From contig JBEUKZ010000010.1 of assembly GCA_048128005.1 (NCBI GenBank), forward strand, positions 1-64,000: DNA of 64,000 bases, written 5' to 3'. Both the position numbers and the translations under genes were made by a program. The notes under the pieces are model-generated. The model did no database searches and was not told the DNA's origin. It saw only the letters and a program-made list of their open reading frames with translations. This document shows positions 1 to 8,506 of this stretch, piece after piece (the first letter of the stretch is position 1; each line of letters opens with the position of its first letter). Origin of the DNA: Veleropilina oligotropha (taxonomy: Eukaryota).

Positions 1-28
1 TCTGCAAGCAGGGTCCCGTAGATGCTGC

Positions 29-769
29 TCATTGTATCGCAAGGACTGCGGAAATAGGCATACCGTGATTGTCGAGCGGTTTACCATCTGAGTCTGTGAT
101 GTAAACCTTCAACTCTGTGATTAGCCCGGCCTGTAGTCGCCGGCCGGCGGGATAGCTATGATAGTGGCCAGCTTCACCGAACATCTGCGACGTGATAGGG
201 ACCACCGCGAGAATAGTGCTCGGGGCGCCGTCCTTCACATTGTGCGTTGTACTAAGCTGCTCCAGGTGGACGTGCAGGGTTGGCGCTATGGCAAACCCGA
301 CAGGCTTATTCCCGTCATAAGTCCCAGGGCGTAGCCACTCGGATCTCTCCGGAGGGGGAGGTGGTTGGCCCTGTACTCCCCGAACCGGTTGGTTCAGATT
401 CCCTGCTTTATCGAGAATAAACGAAGAGAGGTCTAAGCCGAGGAGTTTTCGTATATCGTCACTTATCGCGAGTCGAGTCCCCTCTGGGACCACGATTCGG
501 GCGAGCCCTGTAGCATGGCTTACATCTAGTTGTAGGTTAACTAGCGACCTCTTCATCGTCTTGGCGAGGTCATCGAAGCTGTAGAAACCTGGTGCCACGT
601 CGACCGTGGTATCCGGGGTCTTAAAGAAGGCTCCGGCATGCACGTTGTGCCAGCCTACCCAATAGTCGAGCGACTGCAAGCTGACACATAGCTTGCTGTC
701 CCGGTTATCAATCGGCTCCAGGAGGGCAACCGCGGTCCCCTCTTGAACGTTTGTTAATGTGTGAAACAT
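29..769 (-). CDS. Minor capsid protein (penton, single jelly-roll) of Polinton-like virus
   Basis: 246 aa with the Polinton penton pattern: PGFYSFDDL, IRKLLGL, STILAVVPI...FGE and C-terminal ITELKVYITDSDGKPLDNHGMPISAVLAI. Confidence 0.8.
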   Translation of the reverse strand: MFHTLTNVQEGTAVALLEPIDNRDSKLCVSLQSLDYWVGWHNVHAGAFFKTPDTTVDVAPGFYSFDDLAKTMKRSLVNLQLDVSHATGLARIVVPEGTRLAISDDIRKLLGLDLSSFILDKAGNLNQPVRGVQGQPPPPPERSEWLRPGTYDGNKPVGFAIAPTLHVHLEQLSTTHNVKDGAPSTILAVVPITSQMFGEAGHYHSYPAGRRLQAGLITELKVYITDSDGKPLDNHGMPISAVLAIQ

Positions 770-776
770 AGTAGCT

Positions 777-2060
777 ATGGCTAAGAGCGCCTTTGCGTTT
801 AATAGGAGTGCGGCCTATCCGACCGGTGTGGTGTACCCAGCAAAGATCAAAGATGAGCAGCTTACGAGACCAAGCATCAATGTGGGTAATAGCTCAACCA
901 CTACATTCGGGGCAACATACCCTGACGTCTTTCAGAAATACCGCCTCCCTCATGTCGCTAGTGACGGGCTGATAAGGGATTGGAACAGCACGCCGATGAG
1001 GTTCTGGCAGAACAAGGTCAATTTCGCAGTTTGGTGTGCCACAACAGGTTCCGGAATCTCCTCAGAAGACCACTTAAATGCGACCGACCCCCTCTCCACT
1101 GCTGTATTCACCTTCCACGTCTACTATCAGGTCAGACGAATCTTATCCGAAATTCAGGCGCCGCTGCCACAGGACCGGACGTGGGATGCATTCGACAACC
1201 CGTATGACCGCAGGGCATATGAGAAGATCTGCAGCGAATTTGGGGTGTCTCCCCATACCGACTGGCGTGTCAAGGGTCCCAACGGCGGACTAGGCACCGC
1301 TTACAGCTACTGGACGAACAACGGCTACCACCCCATCGGACGTGACTATGATCCAAGCCGAATGTCCTTCACCAAAGGTACGACCAACACGAATCTGCAC
1401 GTGGACTACATCGCGCAAGCGCCTGCACTTAAAAACGGTTGGGCTACTTTTATTCTGGACAGGTCGGTGGGATTCACGAGGGCCGGCGTGGAAAGGCTCA
1501 ATGATTCCATCAGGACCTACGTCTGGGCTATTCTTGGAGCGCAGGCTCAAACGCGTGCAAGTATTCTGGGTAGTGGGACGGCGTTTGACGCACAGAAACA
1601 GTTCCTGGCGAACGTGGAAGACGCCATCGCATCCCCCGTTGACCTCCCAGCAGCCATCAAACGGTACCAAGAGGTGCTCCAGTATGCGAGGTCCAAAGTG
1701 GACTTCGTATTCGGCGTTGGCCTGTACATGGCGCCAAGTAACATGCTTCTACGGATCGGGCAGGTGGCTGGTTATAACAATGAGATCGTCGTCGCCACGG
1801 AAGACCAGACACTCGGTCTTAATACTACGGTGAACGCGGCCAATCCTGTGCCGCACAACGCCACTGGGGATACTGGAGAAACAGGACTGGTTATTCCACA
1901 AGACGCAGATGCAAGCATACCGGTAGTTACTCCGAAGCATCCAAGCTCTCTGCCAGCTGTGGCCTCAGTGGCGGCTGTTCCAGCGGCACATGACGAGGAG
2001 AAAACCGCACTTATCGTGGGCGGCATTGTCGTTGGTCTAGCGTTTATTTGGCTTACGTGA
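777..2060 (+). CDS. Hypothetical viral protein with C-terminal transmembrane anchor
   Basis: 427-aa ORF with a Pro/Ala-rich linker followed by a hydrophobic tail (ALIVGGIVVGLAFIWLT). No family recognised. Confidence 0.7.
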   Translation: MAKSAFAFNRSAAYPTGVVYPAKIKDEQLTRPSINVGNSSTTTFGATYPDVFQKYRLPHVASDGLIRDWNSTPMRFWQNKVNFAVWCATTGSGISSEDHLNATDPLSTAVFTFHVYYQVRRILSEIQAPLPQDRTWDAFDNPYDRRAYEKICSEFGVSPHTDWRVKGPNGGLGTAYSYWTNNGYHPIGRDYDPSRMSFTKGTTNTNLHVDYIAQAPALKNGWATFILDRSVGFTRAGVERLNDSIRTYVWAILGAQAQTRASILGSGTAFDAQKQFLANVEDAIASPVDLPAAIKRYQEVLQYARSKVDFVFGVGLYMAPSNMLLRIGQVAGYNNEIVVATEDQTLGLNTTVNAANPVPHNATGDTGETGLVIPQDADASIPVVTPKHPSSLPAVASVAAVPAAHDEEKTALIVGGIVVGLAFIWLT

Positions 2061-3366
2061 CCCACTGTCTAGCGGCAATAAGAAGCAAGCCCCCAACTGA
2101 TATGACCAGTGCCCATAGGTTTTCAGCGAGCCACGATGCTGTCTTGCCAATCAGGTTGATTAGCCAGGAGACCAGGCTTCCAAGTATTCCTGGGAGCACG
2201 GCTGCGGCCTTCCCTGCTAGCTTGCCCAGAATCCGACCCAGGGTCTTCAGCTGCTTTTTTACCCACTCCTTGACCCCGCCCTGACCACTGGGAGGTGGTG
2301 GTGGCGTTGGCGGGCTTGTTGCTCCACCTGTCAGGGCTAGTACCAAAGTCGAGATGGCGAGCCCGATAGCGGTGAGTATTGTTGCGATCGTAACCCCTTG
2401 CTCGCGGAACAGGGTCCGGATACGCTCGGCCAGCGTTGTGTCGGTGTTCAGGATCCGACTTATCATCTCTCGGATCCGGCTGATTTGAGAGCGAAGGGCC
2501 TCCCGGCTTGATGATGCTGCCTCTAGGCGAGCTGCTCTTTCATCATTCAGGTCGCGCAGACGTTCCGCGATCCGTCGACGGATGAACTCATCCACACCGC
2601 CCTCTTCATCTGCCTGATCGAGCTTCATCTTCTCCAGCTCTATGTGTTCATCCAGCGCCGTTAGTTTGGCTAGATTGTTGGTTAGTTCGCCTCGGATGGT
2701 CTGCATCGCCTTGTCAAGTCCGCGAAGCTCGCGAAGATTTAATGGAGGGTCCCCCATTGTGCCTAAGATCTCTTCAACCTCGGTATCAGTGAATTTCGTC
2801 TCCATCGTGTGGATTGCTACCGAGGCATCAGTAGCAGTCTGCCCCAAGTCCCGCAGTTCTACGTTTTCGACATTAGCGGCCGCACCGCTCAACTCAGTGT
2901 CGGCTGCCTGAAGAACTGCAACCGCTTTTGAGGCCAGCTTTTTTTCCCCCCGCGTCCAGTGTACAAAACCCAACCCTTCACGGATTGCATCACCCCCACC
3001 AGGCCGGCCAGCTATTGTTGACAACGCCAAGGGGTTGCCGGTGCGAGAATTTATGAGATTGATGTCGGGGTAGTCCGTCATCACCAATTTCCCCCCCCTC
3101 CCTAATTTTCCCCTCACATACTTGAATTTTGAATAATCTCGCCCCGTGGCTGGGGTCTGCCCCTCCTGTGCCAGGGCTTTGTAGTAGTCGTCAACCACGC
3201 CCTGAACGAGCTCTTGCTGAAGACTGCTGGTTCCTTCCTGTGGCCGTTCCGAAAGAACAGGCATAAACCGGTCGGTGGATAGATCCACATCAGTATCGTC
3301 GATGATGGTATCATCGTTGTCGATGAGATCGTCCGGCTCGAATGCGGGGTTCTCGAATTCCGCCAT
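2053..3366 (-). CDS. Coiled-coil viral protein with C-terminal hydrophobic/amphipathic helices (putative membrane-active virion protein)
   Basis: 437 aa: acidic N-terminus, long heptad-rich E/L/R region, hydrophobic GVTIATILTAIGLAISTLVLALTGG, poly-Pro hinge, amphipathic helix and terminal hydrophobic segment. Confidence 0.7.
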   Translation of the reverse strand: MAEFENPAFEPDDLIDNDDTIIDDTDVDLSTDRFMPVLSERPQEGTSSLQQELVQGVVDDYYKALAQEGQTPATGRDYSKFKYVRGKLGRGGKLVMTDYPDINLINSRTGNPLALSTIAGRPGGGDAIREGLGFVHWTRGEKKLASKAVAVLQAADTELSGAAANVENVELRDLGQTATDASVAIHTMETKFTDTEVEEILGTMGDPPLNLRELRGLDKAMQTIRGELTNNLAKLTALDEHIELEKMKLDQADEEGGVDEFIRRRIAERLRDLNDERAARLEAASSSREALRSQISRIREMISRILNTDTTLAERIRTLFREQGVTIATILTAIGLAISTLVLALTGGATSPPTPPPPPSGQGGVKEWVKKQLKTLGRILGKLAGKAAAVLPGILGSLVSWLINLIGKTASWLAENLWALVISVGGLLLIAARQWVT

Positions 3367-3402
3367 TTGAATACATCAGTGGGATACGCATCTAATTCAG
3401 CC

Positions 3403-4704
3403 ATGACTAGCGTATACGGACGCAAGCTTAATCCATACCGCAGGCTGCGTGAGCCCCTCGCAGTCAAGGGCATCCGCCAGTCGGTCACGATTACAAACAA
3501 TCCATCAACGATTTCCGCCAACCAGCAGCTCCTGGTTCGGTTCCCTAATCTCGGGGCGAATGACGTGATCGTTCCAGGGACTGCCCACCTCGCATTTACC
3601 ATCTCTCTGACCTCGGTAAATGCGAATAGGACTGTAGTGCAAAATATCGGCCGTGCCGTGATCAGAAAGACCACGATAAAGATAAGTGGAAACGAGATCA
3701 TGTCGATTGACGACTCCGACGTGTACCACTGCTACTGCGATCTCTGGAAGACCACCGGGGAGCGCAAGAACGCCCAGTACCAGGGGATTGATACCAGCGA
3801 TGGGCACAACACTACGAAGCATCGTGTTGGTGCGGCAGACGCCTTCAGACTGTCTGAGGATGTCGCGGTCGCGGCCGCGTACGGTAACCGATTCCGCATC
3901 CCGCTGGATTTCGAGCTGTTGGAAAGTCACATGCCATTCTATCAAAGCGCCCTTGGAGACCGTCTCGAGTATGAGCTAACGTTCAACGACTACTCCCGGA
4001 CTATCCGGGAGACGGACGACTCCGGTTCCAGCTATTCCATCGACAATATATCCCTCGAATATGACATGGTAACCCAATCCGAGCTTGCCAGACGGATTCG
4101 AAATCAATACCAGGGTCAACTCGTAATCCTGTACGACCGTGTTCTCCGGCATCGGAAGCTCACCCTAGACAAGAGCGACTCGTTGTGGAATATGAATGTG
4201 AACGTACCGGCGAGGTCGATGAAAGGAATACTACTGTTGTTCGAGGACCCTGCGAGAGACGCCGCGCCATTCTCTCGCGATACTGAGGCCTTCTATAATC
4301 CGAAGATCACAAAGGTCGAGGTCACAATCGAGGGTGTCCCGAATCAAATCTACAGCCAGGGCATGCGAACATACCAGATCTGGGAAGAAGCCAAGAAAAT
4401 GTTCGCCTCCGGCTGCAGCAAGCGGCATCCTGAGGTCGCGATGGTCGCAAAGGACTTAGCGTTGGCAGACGTCACCCTGGGCGAGTTTCTGACTAAGAAA
4501 TTTGCGCTCTGGATCGATATGCGGGTAACTGACGACGATCAGTTGCACGGGTCAGGCCGGAGGGTCGAGAACGCCAGCGAAGGCATTACTATTCAGATCA
4601 CTAAAACAGCCGAAGCGGCCGGTCCACTGAACGTCTACGAGTTCGTGATCATGGACGCACAGCTGAATATCGAGAATGGCCGATTCGTCGAAGCACTGTA
4701 CTAA
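3403..4704 (+). CDS. Major capsid protein (double jelly-roll)
   Basis: ATG at 3403, about 433 aa, beta-rich. N-terminal QLLVRFPNLGANDVIVPGTAHLAFTISL and NIGRAVIRKTTIKISGNEIMSIDD resemble Polinton/PLV major capsid proteins. Lies directly upstream of the packaging ATPase. Confidence 0.8.
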   Translation: MTSVYGRKLNPYRRLREPLAVKGIRQSVTITNNPSTISANQQLLVRFPNLGANDVIVPGTAHLAFTISLTSVNANRTVVQNIGRAVIRKTTIKISGNEIMSIDDSDVYHCYCDLWKTTGERKNAQYQGIDTSDGHNTTKHRVGAADAFRLSEDVAVAAAYGNRFRIPLDFELLESHMPFYQSALGDRLEYELTFNDYSRTIRETDDSGSSYSIDNISLEYDMVTQSELARRIRNQYQGQLVILYDRVLRHRKLTLDKSDSLWNMNVNVPARSMKGILLLFEDPARDAAPFSRDTEAFYNPKITKVEVTIEGVPNQIYSQGMRTYQIWEEAKKMFASGCSKRHPEVAMVAKDLALADVTLGEFLTKKFALWIDMRVTDDDQLHGSGRRVENASEGITIQITKTAEAAGPLNVYEFVIMDAQLNIENGRFVEALY

Positions 4705-5308
4705 ACGATTTCCGCACACCAAGGACCCCCACTCCGCAATCATCTGCGGCCAGACCGGTTGTGGGAAGACGGTTTTCATGCTTGAACTGCTGGAAGGGGA
4801 GTATCGAGGCGTCTTCCGGCATATCGTGATCCTCTGCCCCACGATCAAGTACAACAAAGCATACCAGTCTTGTCCGTGGATCTGGACCGACCCTGAGGTG
4901 TATTTAGTCCCCCCGGGTGAGCGACTCCATGACTGGCTGCGGGGGTTCTACCGGCTGTTTCAGGGGGAGTCGACTCTGTACATAATCGACGACTGCGCCG
5001 CGAGCAAGGCTATGGCAAAGAGGAGGGACATGCTGACTTTGTTGGCCTTCAGCGGCAGGCATGCTTCCCAGAGCGTATGGGTAGTGACGCAAAAGTACAA
5101 CTCGGTCTTGAAGGAGCTCAGAGAGCAGACCCGCTGGGTCGCGCTGTTCCATTGCAAGGACCGCGACAGTTTCGAGGACTGTCTGCGCGAGAACGATGTA
5201 ATCCCGTCGCAGGATGAACGGACCGAGGTTCGCCGGCTGTTGGCCGAGACACGACACGCTAAGCTTCTGTTGAAAACTGATCAGCCCGTTGCTTATAGTG
5301 TGCTGTAG
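4676..5308 (+). CDS. A32-like (FtsK/HerA) genome packaging ATPase
   Basis: Walker A GQTGCGKT, Walker B LYIIDD and the A32-type motif SGRHASQSVWVVTQKY. Confidence 0.9.
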   Translation: MADSSKHCTKRFPHTKDPHSAIICGQTGCGKTVFMLELLEGEYRGVFRHIVILCPTIKYNKAYQSCPWIWTDPEVYLVPPGERLHDWLRGFYRLFQGESTLYIIDDCAASKAMAKRRDMLTLLAFSGRHASQSVWVVTQKYNSVLKELREQTRWVALFHCKDRDSFEDCLRENDVIPSQDERTEVRRLLAETRHAKLLLKTDQPVAYSVL

Positions 5309-5361
5309 CAGCTACTTGGCTAGCCCTAACATCTACTTAGCAGCTACTTAGCTAGCTAGGC

Positions 5362-6123
5362 ATGTCGGACGCGGTATACATAGCTTTTGCTTTCAGCCAG
5401 GGCCTGATCTTGTTGCTACTCGTAACGTTGTGGTATTGGCATTATCGCTATATTAGACTGGCGAGGAGATGTTGGAAACGCTTAAGGATGGACAGCCTCA
5501 TCGATCAACTCATGGATGACGAGGAAGAAATGACCGTGAGCAGCAGCTCACCCCGCTCGACGACCAAACGCTGCTCGCAGCACGAGGAACCTGAAACTGG
5601 CTCCATAGGGATGGCAAAGAAACGGGAGAGGCTTGCAGCATTAGCCGTTGGAGGACAGGCCCACAGATACATGGGGCGTAACCTCACAGTGGACCGAATC
5701 GACGATATGACTGACGACGAGGTTGAGAAACACCACGCACGGTATGAAGCGAAGCTAGGTGCTGACATGACGAAGACCCTCGGGGCCGCTGCTATACAGC
5801 TGTATGCGGGTGCAGCTGGGATGTTCCTGCCCATTCCACCAGCAAACCAGCTACGACTGATCGCCGACCTGGAGGCCGACCCGTTCATCTCACATGCCCT
5901 GACCACTGCAAGCTGTGAGCTGTATTATAAATATGGCATGTACCTCGCACCGCTGACCGCAGCGTTGACCACGGCTAAGCACTGCCAATTTGGACATGTT
6001 TGCCCGCCTAAGATACCAGATCAAGATGACAACGCCGGAAGTGGACCAAGTGATCGAGAGACAGCCGATCGAGAGCCAGCCGATAGAGAGGGTGACTTCT
6101 TCGACGGACTCATCAGTGAGTAA
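5362..6123 (+). CDS. Hypothetical viral protein with N-terminal transmembrane helix
   Basis: 253-aa ORF with hydrophobic N-terminus (YIAFAFSQGLILLLLVTLWYW), co-oriented in the structural gene block. Confidence 0.65.
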   Translation: MSDAVYIAFAFSQGLILLLLVTLWYWHYRYIRLARRCWKRLRMDSLIDQLMDDEEEMTVSSSSPRSTTKRCSQHEEPETGSIGMAKKRERLAALAVGGQAHRYMGRNLTVDRIDDMTDDEVEKHHARYEAKLGADMTKTLGAAAIQLYAGAAGMFLPIPPANQLRLIADLEADPFISHALTTASCELYYKYGMYLAPLTAALTTAKHCQFGHVCPPKIPDQDDNAGSGPSDRETADREPADREGDFFDGLISE

Positions 6124-6517
6124 AAAGGACCCGAAAAAAGTGGCTGCAGGTCGGGCCGGCGCTGCTGCTCGAAAAGCCAAGCAGGAGAAGCTACTGGCCG
6201 CGGTTCGAAAAATGAAAGAAGACCTGAGTGCCCCAACAAGTGTTGTCGTTCCATCAGAACAGCCCGGGGAGGCGGTTCCAGCCGCAGAAAGACCGCGTGC
6301 GCCAGATACACGGAAATCGGACCCATTTAATTGGACCCAGGTAGCCGTCGCTGCCGGTACGGTTGCGTTGGTATTTGTTGTCTGGAAGACGTCCTCAGAA
6401 CGCAGCAACCCTGGTCCATCCACACCACATCAACAGCCACCAGACGCGGACGCTCGGTGCTCTCGGGCCGCCCCCACTATCGAATTGAAGAAGCAGAACC
6501 CTTTTCATATGCAATAG
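6026..6517 (+). CDS. Hypothetical viral protein with basic KKDPKKVAAGRAG motif and one transmembrane segment
   Basis: ATG at 6026, basic Ala/Lys-rich helix, then hydrophobic VAVAAGTVALVFVVW. Confidence 0.6.
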   Translation: MTTPEVDQVIERQPIESQPIERVTSSTDSSVSKKDPKKVAAGRAGAAARKAKQEKLLAAVRKMKEDLSAPTSVVVPSEQPGEAVPAAERPRAPDTRKSDPFNWTQVAVAAGTVALVFVVWKTSSERSNPGPSTPHQQPPDADARCSRAAPTIELKKQNPFHMQ

Positions 6518-6553
6518 TCGCAAACGGTAGCATTTCTATAGTACTCAACAGTT

Positions 6554-6793
6554 ATGACTACCCCAATCACTGATGGAAAGATGCTCGGCAACGCTGTATA
6601 CCACGCCGCTATAGTGTCAGGCCTCGCCATAGGCTACGCACGCCTGACAAAGATGGTATTCAAGGGAGCGAGCCCCAAACTGGACTTCACGGGGTACGAT
6701 GTCGGGATGGTCGTCCTCGACGTATCGCTCGCCATGGCGACGAAAGACATGCTGATCAAGCAAGGCATCATTCCGGCCGATATATTGAAGTAG
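6554..6793 (+). CDS. Small hydrophobic viral protein (79 aa)
   Basis: ATG-initiated ORF filling the gap between neighbouring genes, with two hydrophobic stretches. Confidence 0.6.
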   Translation: MTTPITDGKMLGNAVYHAAIVSGLAIGYARLTKMVFKGASPKLDFTGYDVGMVVLDVSLAMATKDMLIKQGIIPADILK

Positions 6794-6824
6794 TGGGACC
6801 TTGCTAGATAATCGCAGCATTTCA

Positions 6825-7253
6825 ATGGCTTCCATTGCGATGCTGGTTGGGGGCGCTCTCGTCAACGCCCTCGCCTTCAGCGGCTCCAACTTCCTCTTCT
6901 CGAAGCTACGCAGCTCCGGTGTCGATGCAGAGCGTAAACGCCACGACATTGCTGTAGAACAGCTCAACGCTGCTCAGACTAAATGGTCACAACAGAGGGC
7001 AGAGCGTCTCGACTGGCTGAACGTTGAACTTCGCCGCCAGGGTCATGCCGTTGGCACATTCCGGGATGTTGACGCCGCGATCCGTGAGTATGCATTGATC
7101 ACCGGCAAGAACCTTGACCCCGACCTGGGGGGTGGCCCTGAGCCCGCCCTGTCTGACTACTACACACCGAGCGATGCCCAGAAGGGACGTGAGATCACCT
7201 TCATCATCCTGGGGATGGCTGCGACCGGGTTGGTCGCCTACAAGCTCGCCTAA
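6825..7253 (+). CDS. Small viral membrane protein (hydrophobic N- and C-termini, central coiled coil)
   Basis: ATG at 6825: MASIAMLVGGALVNALAFSG...ITFIILGMAATGLVAYKLA. Confidence 0.65.
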   Translation: MASIAMLVGGALVNALAFSGSNFLFSKLRSSGVDAERKRHDIAVEQLNAAQTKWSQQRAERLDWLNVELRRQGHAVGTFRDVDAAIREYALITGKNLDPDLGGGPEPALSDYYTPSDAQKGREITFIILGMAATGLVAYKLA

Positions 7254-7293
7254 TTATTTCCAGTGGACATTTTTTTCATTGGCATGTATAGTA

Positions 7294-7515
7294 ATGGGGC
7301 TCCCAGAAGAGCTGTACTGCGCTATGCTTGCGGTCGGCTATAGTACTACGTTACTCGACTGCTGGCGCCGCGACGAAAAGACTATGGTGCGGTTCGCGGT
7401 CCTGGTGCTCTCGGGCCCGACCAACCTACGGGCGACCACTGCGCAGCGACCGGCTCCGGAAGCTGAAGCCTGTTGGAGACTGATCAGTTTACTGGAATAC
7501 ATTGCTGATGGATAG
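7294..7515 (+). CDS. Small hypothetical viral protein (73 aa)
   Basis: ATG at 7294 after TATAGTA. Fills the gap up to the integrase, overlapping its start. Confidence 0.4.
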   Translation: MGLPEELYCAMLAVGYSTTLLDCWRRDEKTMVRFAVLVLSGPTNLRATTAQRPAPEAEACWRLISLLEYIADG

Positions 7516-8506
7516 TAAGCTTGCGAGGATGTACTACAGCCCTAAGGGCTACTGGAAAGGCATTGCCGCGATAAAGAAACTAGCTGACGCTGCCAAGGCG
7601 TCTGAAGTGGAGGCCCGGACATGGCTTAAGAGGCAGGCTATATGGCAGATCTATTTACCTGCGCCACGGCGGATTCCAAGACCAAAATTCGACGTCGTAA
7701 CGCCAAACGAGGTTCACCAAGCCGACCTCCTGTTTCTCCCCCATGACAAGGTCAGACACAAGACCTATAAGTACGCTTTGACTGTGGTTGATGTGGCCAG
7801 TCGCTTTAAAGAGGCTGAGCCTCTGGTCACAAAAGAGGCCAAAGGGGTTGCTGAAGCTCTGTCTCGAATCTACAGGCGGAGTCCTCTTAGCTGGCCGAAA
7901 TTGCTTCAGGTTGATCCAGGGCGGGAGTTTATGGGCGCGGTGTCCCAGCTGCTGGCAAAGAATAACGTCGAGGTTAGGCGTGGCCGTGTGGATATCCATC
8001 GCGATCAGGGCATTGTGGAGCGCTTCAACCGGACGCTCGCTGAGCGGCTCTTCGGGCACCAGTATGCAACAGAGATGCGGTTTGCAGAGTCTGCGAAAGA
8101 GGGTCAAAGGTCAACTGAGTGGGTCGCCCGGTTAGCAGCTGTAGTTGCGGCCTTGAATGGGGAAGTGACCAGGCTGACCGGTAAAAAGCCCAAGGACGCC
8201 ATCAAGGCACCTCGCGTTGCCCAAAAGCCAGGCGCCACTGTTCCAGGCCGACAGGGGAAGGAACAGAAACTCCCCTCTGACGTAGATGTTCGCTACCTTT
8301 ACTACGATGGTGAGCTGGAGGGGGGTCATCGCCGTGCTACTGACCCGGTGTGGTCTCTAAAAGTTTACAGGCTTGGACGCTCCGTCACTAAGCCTGACGA
8401 GCCTGTGCTCTACTACTTGCTGGATGGACCACCGCGTGGCTTCGTTCGTGAGGAACTTCTCGTGGTGCCTCGTGATACCCAGCTGCCGCCGGTTCTCAGG
8501 CGTTAA
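7508..8506 (+). CDS. Retroviral-like (rve, DDE) integrase, Polinton type
   Basis: Catalytic D-D-E in HQADLLFL, LQVDPGREF and GIVERFNRTL, plus YALTVVDVASRF. N-terminal MYYSPKGY and C-terminal WSLKVYRL...YYLLD are typical of Polinton integrases. No chromodomain evident. Confidence 0.95.
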   Translation: MDSKLARMYYSPKGYWKGIAAIKKLADAAKASEVEARTWLKRQAIWQIYLPAPRRIPRPKFDVVTPNEVHQADLLFLPHDKVRHKTYKYALTVVDVASRFKEAEPLVTKEAKGVAEALSRIYRRSPLSWPKLLQVDPGREFMGAVSQLLAKNNVEVRRGRVDIHRDQGIVERFNRTLAERLFGHQYATEMRFAESAKEGQRSTEWVARLAAVVAALNGEVTRLTGKKPKDAIKAPRVAQKPGATVPGRQGKEQKLPSDVDVRYLYYDGELEGGHRRATDPVWSLKVYRLGRSVTKPDEPVLYYLLDGPPRGFVREELLVVPRDTQLPPVLRR

